Position numbers and translations under genes: made by a program. Positions 55,288 through 64,000 of a stretch of 64,000 bases of DNA are shown piece by piece. Numbering within the stretch: position 1 is the stretch's first letter; each line of letters begins with the position of its first letter. The stretch spans positions 17,236,001-17,300,000 of the forward strand of contig OZ024757.1 of NCBI GenBank assembly GCA_964016885.1, given 5' to 3'. This stretch comes from Eledone cirrhosa (taxonomy: Eukaryota). Under the pieces are notes generated by a model that was not told the DNA's origin, did no database searches, and saw only the letters and a program-made list of their open reading frames with translations.

Positions 55288-55459
55288 ATCTATATGTGCG
55301 TGTGTGTATATATATATATATGTATGTGTAAAGTGAAGTAGAGAGAGAGGGGGAGATCATGTGGCTTTAGTGAGAAATATTTGGTATATACTCAGAAATA
55401 GATGGAGTTGGTGTTTAATATAGACATGAGGGAGAAGTGGTAGGAGGGGGGAAGGAGAA

Positions 55460-55955
55460 AGAGAGGGTGTGTGAGAGAGAGTGTGGGTGAGAGAGAGAGA
55501 GTGTGTGTGAGAGAGAGAGTGTGTGTGAGAGAGAGAGTGTGTGAGAGAGAGTGTGTGTGAGAGAGAGTGTGTGAGAGAGAGAGTGTGTGTGAGAGAGAGA
55601 GTGTGTGAGAGAGAGAGAGTGTGTGAGAGAGAGTGTGTGAGAGAGAGAGAGAGAATGTGTGTGAGAGAGAGAGTGTGAGAGAGAGAGTGTGAGAGAGAGA
55701 GAGTAAGGTATGAGGGGGAAGGAGAAAGATAGAGAGAGTGTGTATGTGAGAGAGAGAGAGTGTGTGTGAGAGAGAGAGTGTGTGTGAGAGAGAGTGTGAT
55801 TGAAAGAGAGAGAGAGTGTGTGTGAGAGAGAGAGAGTAAGGTATGAGGGGGAAGGAGAAAGATAGAGAGAGTGTGTGAGAGAGAGAGTGTGTGTGAGAGA
55901 GAGAGTGTGATTGAGAGAGAGAGAGTGTGTGTGTGAGAGAGAGTAAGAGAAAGAG

Positions 55956-56000
<45 letters not shown>
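55460..56000. repeat. (GA)n/(GT)n compound microsatellite
   Basis: Direct reading. Confidence 0.9.
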
Positions 56001-56002
<2 letters not shown>

Positions 56003-59000
56003 AGAACAAGGAAACAATACACTAGATAACATGATATATGAGATTGGAGGTATAGACACACACATACACATACACACATACTCACACACACACTCACATA
56101 CACGTACACATACACATACACATATATATATATATATATAATCCCCCCTCTCTCCCCCTACCCATCTCTCTACATATATATATATGGGGGTGTGTGTATA
56201 ATATACATACATATAGGTATAGATATAGATATATATACAAATATATTTATATATTTATATATATATATTATATGTATATAGATATAGATATAGATATGTG
56301 TGTGTATATACATACACAAACACACACAAAGACACAACACACGCAAACACACATACACTCACAAACACACATGCACTCACAAACACACATGCACTCACAA
56401 ACACACACAAACACATACACTCTCTATCTCACAAACATATATTCATATATATCCATATAACACGATATAACATGATATATATGAGACAGGAGATGAAAGC
56501 AAAAATATCATCTGTGTTTAGTCACAGATACCTATTGATTAGCATGTATGTATGTATATATGTATATATGTATATAGTATGTATGTATATAGTATGTATG
56601 TATATAGTATGTTTGTATATAGTATGTTTGTATATAGTTACGTCAGGTCACCAGTTGGTGCTACTGGTAACATGTATCCCAGTACAACCTGACTCATGGT
56701 CGGGTCGTTGGCGACTAAACTGGCAACCCACCAAGGTTTCTTGGTGAGGAGGGTGACTTTGGACATCCTGCAGGAATAAAAACAAAACCTGTCAAAGGGC
56801 AAAGGAGCTCTTAAGAGTCAATGGCCATCCAAAATCACCGGGAGAGATGACCCCTTAGCCTTTGTCAAGGCAGAATTCTAGGAGAAGGAAAACTCTGATA
56901 TAACACCTGCAACCCTGATGGTATCCAATGATGTTGACTTGTTCTTCTTTTTGGTAAATATCATCTTGGTTAAGAGAGTGGGACTGGCTTTGTGCAGTGC
57001 CTTTGCTCACTATAAAAGCTTCACGGCACAGGCATTGCTTTATATCTGGAGATCTCTCTGCACTTGTCATCACATGGTACCATGGGCCTAGCACTATGTG
57101 TCAATAATTGTCACAAGTGTAGTGTTTGTACCAGAGTTTTCAAGTCGCTGGCTGGACTAAGAAGTCACACTCGTTCAGCGCATCGGTGGGGTTCTCCTAC
57201 ATGGATATAAAGTAGTGGCCATACTCGAAAACGAGTTGGCAGCCACCATATAGTATGTATGTGTGTATGTATGAATGTATATATATATGTATGTATATAT
57301 GTATGTATGAATGTATTAATCTATGTATGTATGTATGTAATGTATGTATGTAATGTATGTATGTAATGTATGTATGTATGTGAAAGGAGTGCCCCCAGTT
57401 GTTGTTAGAACACCTTTCTAAGAGAGGGAAACTCTGAAAAAAAAACCTGCTGCTTCGGAAGCATCCGATGATGTTGACCAGTTCTCCTTTTTGGGTAGTG
57501 TTTTCCATGCTCAGAGAATGGGATTGGTCAAGTGCAAGGCTTTCCCCACTTAAAAAATGTTCAAAGCACAAGCATTGCTTGTTCAGGATCTGTTACAGGT
57601 TTGTGTGGCTGGCCGTAGTGTAAAAGGGCACCATTTTCTGTAATCTGACAAGCGATTGCAATACTGTTAGCAGAGTTTGCAGCCATCATGAATGTATGTA
57701 TGTATGTATGTATGTATGTATGTATGTATGTATGTATGTATGTATGTATGTATGTATGTATGTATGTATGTATGTGTTTTTTGTTTTGTGGGTTTTGTTT
57801 TTCATTCCGCAGGGTGTCCAAAATCACCCTCCTCACCAAGCAAGCTTGGTGGGATTGCCTGTTTAGTTGCCAGTTACCCGACCATGCGCAGGTTGTACTG
57901 GGTTACATGTTACCAGTATCGCTGAAGAGCAAAGGGCAGAATTCAGAAGAGTCAATGACCAACCAATTAATATTTTTTTTTTTGTGGAGAGAGAGAGACT
58001 CCTAGTTTTCATTAAGACATCTAAGAGTTCAATCTGATATAAAACCTGCGACATCATTTGTAACCAATGATGTAGACGAGTTCTACTTTTTGGGTAAATG
58101 CATTTGATGTTCAGAGAGAGGGATTGGCCTCATGCAAAGTCTTTCCTCACTTAAAAATGCTTGAAGCAGAAGCATCGCTTGATATGTGACAGTTTTTGCG
58201 ATGCATGTCATTGCTGGCCATAGGCAAGTCCCTAACAGGACTAAAAAGCTGCATCCATGATGCTCATGCTTATGTATCAAGCGATGGATTTACTCGAAAT
58301 TGAATTGCAGCCATCATGTATGTGTATGTGTGATTGTGTGTGTATGTTATATAGTGTTATATGGATATATATGAATATATGTTTGTGAGATAGAGAGTGT
58401 ATGTGTTTGTGTGTGTTTGTGAGTGTATGTGTGTTTGTGAGTGTATGTGTGTTTGCGTGTGTTGTGTCTTTGTGTGTGTTTGTGTATGTATATACACACA
58501 CATATCTATATCTATTGTGTGTGTATGTATATTGATTCAAGGATTGCGTAAAGGGCTCATTGAAAAAAACTGGTTTGATGATGGTTGACTGGGAATTAGA
58601 AGCTCTTGAAAGAGAAAGTTGGCATGGAATAGTGAATGATGGGGTTCATAATTTTGAGGACAGATGCATAGAGCATGAGAAGATCAAATGGGATGTGCGT
58701 AAGCAATGCCCTGGTGTATCCCTCGAAACGATCGATGTCTCCATTGAATTGGAAAGATTTGCTCGTGCAAATCTGGTCTCAGGAGCCACAGACGCAGCCA
58801 TGTTCAAAGAGAACCATTGAACTATGATCTCCACGGTATTGTGAAGGTTCACAGGCAACCTGATGCAAGACCTGAGGCCAGGGAGATCCATAGTTGTCAT
58901 CAATGTGCAAAGAAGTAAAACTCTCTAGCAGGCTTGAAAAGTCATATCTGAGCGTCACACATCTGAATTTGACAAGCGATTGCAATACTTTTAGCAGAGT

Positions 59001-59886
59001 TTGCAGCCATCACGTATGTTGTAAAATAGATTTCCTGAGCTGCCAGGGGAGTACTCTAGAAGTTGTGAACAGTTTTTGCTACCTAGGTGATCAAATTTAG
59101 CAAAATTTAGTAAGTGGTGGTGGAATAAGAGTGGGGAGGGGGCGATTATTTGATAGTATGATACAACAACTTCCCTAGTGGTTGTACTACAATAAATTGT
59201 CCTGACTCACCTGAGGTCAGAGACTTCAGTACCGGCCAGTCTGTGATGACACATCCAACCCTTGTTAGCAAGGAAAACAGATGTTTGTTTTTCATGTTAT
59301 TACATTTTTTGATATGGTATGAGTCTAATCTGTGAAGTGAAATAACCTTTTGCATGTTTTTATGTTGATGCTTATAACAATATTTAAATTCCTGAGTATA
59401 TGTAGACTGGCAGACAAGTGCAATATATATTGAGGTATGGCCTGCCTTTATACATTGAAACATATGTAGGATAAAATAAAGTTCTAAGTCTAACTTGGTT
59501 ATTCTCTCTCAAGTTATTAAATCTTGAGCTCTGCAGTTCGTGTTATAATAGTCTATAGCAGAATCTACTAAGGTTAAAAACTCCCTCAGTCTTTTTCGGT
59601 TACTGCTGGTCCAAGGATACTGATTAGTATAGAGCTTCTATAATCTTTACCAGGATATATATTGGTAAACTCCAATATAATCAAACATATACTATATAAT
59701 ATAATATATAAAATGTTTTTGACTCGAAGGAGATCAAGAGGGCCAGTTATTGTCAGCCAAACTGACAATAACTGGCCCTCTCGATTGGCTTTGAGTCAAA
59801 AACATTTCTCTCTGTATTTTTTATATCTTTATAGCCTCTTGGATTGTGTTTACCATTATTCCTTTATCATATAACTATTATGCAAT

Positions 59887-59948
59887 AAACACCTGATGAT
59901 GTCATCAGGATCTTACAGAACCTAGCTACTGAAATGTACATAGTGTTT
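59887..59948 (+). ncRNA. Minimal hammerhead motif with long, weak stem II
   Basis: AAACAC-CTGATGA-...-GAAA-TGTACA-TA-GTGTTT; perfect stem I and palindromic stem III. Confidence 0.55.
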
Positions 59949-60526
59949 GCTGAAATAAATCTTTGAAGGAATTTTACCTGCCCGGCCTCCTGTCATTTTA
60001 CTCAATAATAATTAACTCCATTCTTGCACCACAAACAAGATGGATGAGTTGCATAACGTTGAGTGCTTTTCCTAATATTATATCATGGTTGGCTCAGTGG
60101 AATGACCAGTTCTATCCAGTGGTGAACCACCAAACTTAAATGAATATATATAGTATATATAGTATATATACACACACATATATATATATATATTCAGGTT
60201 TGTTGGTTCACCACTGGATAGAACTGGTCATTCCGTATAGTCAGCCATGATGTAACATTAGGAAAAGCACTCAACATTATGCAACTCACCCATCTTCGTT
60301 TCTGTTGAATCTACCATTATTATATTCCTTTATTAGATAAATTTCGTAACATATGATAATGTCACCGGGTTCTTGCAGAGCCGGGTCATGGAAATGTGTG
60401 TAGTGTTTATAACAAACCTTTAAGGAATTTCACCAGTCCAGCCCCGTCATTTTACTCAATAATATATATATATATATACATATACAATATATTAATAAAT
60501 GGAAACTATATTTATAAAACCATATT

Positions 60527-60592
60527 TATTTTATTATACATATTTCAAGGGCCACCAAGGCAAATTATGGTGCGCTTTCATCAGATAAAATA
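60527..60592 (-). ncRNA. Minimal hammerhead motif, inverted copy of 51967-52032
   Basis: Reverse complement matches the 51967 motif, inside a longer shared repeat (about 51817-52068 vs 60490-60840). Confidence 0.65.
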
Positions 60593-60875
60593 CAGATTTG
60601 TTTTATAAATAAATATTGACATACCCGGAAAAAAAGACAACCTTAACGGTTGGAGCTTCCTGGATAGTGGAGATATTACATTTATTGAGGGTGATAGAAA
60701 ATTATGATTGAGTATGCGAAAGGTTGAAAAGATAACGGTTTATTTAAATTAAACTGTTGGAAGAAGGTTATATGTGAGGGAGAGAGAAAAAATTTTTTAA
60801 GCTTGTTGAATCCCAACAAATTAAATATAACCTCTGCATATATTTTTTCCTGGACTTCTCCGACGGAATTACTTC

Positions 60876-60959
<84 letters not shown>

Positions 60960-61194
60960 TTCCCACAGAGATCCGTTTAACCACTATGTAAAGTATTATG
61001 CTCACTCTGATATGCAGATTCGTATTTACAACATACGATTTTTGTAAAATCATTGAGAGTGGAAAACAGCAATTCTAGATGAAATCTAATTGCCTGGCTC
61101 AGGCTCCTCAGTATACACCCCTCAGTATACACCCCACACCCCTCCCCCTCCCTCCCACACCACCCTTTCTCTGTAAAGTTATGTTGGTACCATA

Positions 61195-64000
61195 AAACAT
61201 CCACCTCACACTGTAAAGGTGGTCGTGGAGGAGACACAGTAAAACACACCCAGCACACACTGTAAATGTGGTCGTGGAGGAGACACAGTAAAAAACACCC
61301 AGCACACACTGTAAATGTGGTCGTGGAGGAGACACAGTAAAAAACACCCACCTCACACTGTAAATGTGGTCGTGGAGGAGACACAGTAAAAAACACCCAC
61401 CTCACACTGTAAATGTGGTCGTGGAGGAGACACAGTAAAAAACACCCAGCACACACTGTAAATGTGGTCGTGGAGGAGACACAGTAAAAAACACCCAGCA
61501 CACACTGTAAATGTGGTCGTGGAGGAGACACAGTAAAAAACACCCAGCACACACTGTAAATGTGGTCGTGGAGGAGACACAGTAAAAAACACCCAGCACA
61601 CACTGTAAATGTGGTCGTGGAGGAGACACAGTAAAAAACACCCTGCACACACTGTAAATGTGGTCGTGGAGGAGACACAGTAAAAAACACCCAGCACACA
61701 CTGTAAATGTGGTCGTGGAGGAGACACAGTAAAAAACACCCAGCACACACTGTAAATGTGGTCGTGGAGGAGACACAGTAAAAAACACCCAGCACACACT
61801 GTAAATGTGGTCGTGGAGGAGACACAGTAAAAAACACCCTGCACACACTGTAAATGTGGTCGTGGAGGAGACACAGTAAAAAACACCCAGCACACACTGT
61901 AAATGTGGTCGTGGAGGAGACACAGTAAAAACACCCAGCACACACTGTAAATGTGGTCGTGGAGGAGACACAGTAAAAAACACCCAGCACACACTGTAAA
62001 TGTGGTCGTGGAGGAGACACAGTAAAAAACACCCAGCACACACTGTAAATGTGGTCGTGGAGGAGACACAGTAAAAAACACCCAGCACACACTGTAAATG
62101 TGGTCGTGGAGGAGACACAGTAAAAAACACCCACCTCACACTGTAAATGTGGTCGTGGAGGAGACACAGTAAAAAACACCCAGCACACACTGTAAATGTG
62201 GTCGTGGAGGAGACACAGTAAAAAACACCCAGCACACACTGTAAATGTGGTCGTGGAGGAGACACAGTAAAAAACACCCAGCACACATTGTAAATGTGGT
62301 CGTGGAGGAGACACAGTAAAAAACATCCACCTCACACTGTAAATGTGGTCGTGGAGGAGACACAGTAAAAAACACCCAGCACACACTGTAAATGTGGTCG
62401 TGGAGGAGACACAGTAAAAAACACCCAGCACACACTGTAAATGTGGTCGTGGAGGAGACACAGTAAAAAACACCCAGCACACACTGTAAATGTGGTCGTG
62501 GAGGAGACACAGTAAAAAACACCCAGCACACACTGTAAATGTGGTCGTGGAGGAGACACAGTAAAAAACACCCAGCACACACTGTAAATGTGGTCGTGGA
62601 GGAGACACAGTAAAAAACATCCACCTCACACTGTAAATGTGGTCGTGGAGGAGACACAGTAAAAAACACCCAGCACACACTGTAAATGTGGTCGTGGAGG
62701 AGACACAGTAAAAAACACCCAGCACACACTGTAAATGTGGTCATGGAGGAGACACAGTAAAAAACACCCAGCACACACTGTAAATGTGGTCGTGGAGGAG
62801 ACACAGTAAAAAACACCCAGCACACACTGTAAATGTGGTCGTGGAGGAGACACAGTAAAAAACACCCAGCACACACTGTAAATGTGGTCGTGGAGGAGAC
62901 AGTAAAAAACACCCAGCACACACTGTAAATGTGGTCGTGGAGGAGACACAGTAAAAAACACCCAGCACACACTGTAAATGTGGTCGTGGAGGAGACACAG
63001 TAAAAAACACCCAGCACACACTGTAAATGTGGTCGTGGAGGAGACACAGTAAAAAACACCCAGCACACACTGTAAATGTGGTCGTGGAGGAGACACAGTA
63101 AAAAACACCCAGCACACACTGTAAATGTGGTCGTGGAGGAGACACAGTAAAAAAACACCCAGCACACACTGTAAATGTGGTCGTGGAGGAGACACAGTAA
63201 AAAACACCCAGCACACACTGTAAATGTGGTCGTGGAGGAGACACAGTAAAAAACACCCAGCACACACTGTAAATGTGGTCGTGGAGGAGACACAGTAAAA
63301 AACACCCAGCACACACTGTAAATGTGGTCGTGGAGGAGACACAGTAAAAAACACCCAGCACACACTGTAAATGTGGTCGTGGAGGAGACACAGTAAAAAA
63401 CACCCAGCACACACTGTAAATGTGGTCGTGGAGGAGACACAGTAAAAAACACCCAGCACACACTGTAAATGTGGTCGTGGAGGAGACACAGTAAAAAACA
63501 CCCAGCACACACTGTAAATGTGGTCGTGGAGGAGACACAGTAAAAAACACCCAGCACACACTGTAAATGTGGTCGTGGAGGAGACACAGTAAAAAACACC
63601 CAGCACACACTGTAAATGTGGTCGTGGAGGAGACACAGTAAAAACATCCACCTCACACTGTAAATGTGGTCGTGGAGGAGACACAGTAAAAAACACCCAG
63701 CACACACTGTAAATGTGGTCGTGGAGGAGACACAGTAAAAAACACCCAGCACACACTGTAAATGTGGTCGTGGAGGAGACACAGTAAAAAACACCCAGCA
63801 CACACTGTAAATGTGGTCGTGGAGGAGACACAGTAAAAAACACCCAGCACACACTGTAAATGTGGTCGTGGAGGAGACACAGTAAAAAACACCCAGCACA
63901 CACTGTAAATGTGGTCGTGGAGGAGACACAGTAAAAAAACACCCAGCACACACTGTAAATGTGGTCGTGGAGGAGACACAGTAAAAAACACCCAGCACAC
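61195..64000. repeat. Homogeneous 49-bp minisatellite, more than 55 copies, truncated by window edge
   Basis: Unit CACACTGTAAATGTGGTCGTGGAGGAGACACAGTAAAAAACACCCAGCA. Confidence 0.97.

Noticed and set aside
60977-64000. Long ORFs (up to 620 aa) and CRISPR-like regularity
   Set aside because: Pure 49-bp tandem repeat that is largely stop-free on the minus strand; no unique spacers, no cas genes, eukaryotic context.

Overview
Eukaryotic, AT-rich, repeat-dense genomic DNA; the SINE, RTE and microsatellite content suggests an octopus or other coleoid cephalopod (inference). Two spliced genes converge tail-to-tail. Rab14 is complete on the + strand (8 coding exons, 13175-28245, 214 aa, C-terminal CGC). 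A CCDC105/TEKTL1-like tektin-related gene lies on the - strand (5 phase-0 coding exons found, 47670-35819, about 384 aa, candidate RFX X-box upstream). The remainder is tRNA-derived SINEs, RTE LINE fragments, TTAA- and TA-flanked MITEs, Penelope-type repeats with minimal hammerhead motifs, long foldbacks, and minisatellites grown from SINE/LINE pieces. The most anomalous feature is a 381-bp insert (17775-18155, about 58% GC, about 50 CpG) inside a MITE in Rab14 coding intron 2. It is heavily base-paired, includes a 16-nt arm with two mutually exclusive partners, and I could not assign it to any known family. Almost all long ORFs in the supplied track are translations of simple repeats.
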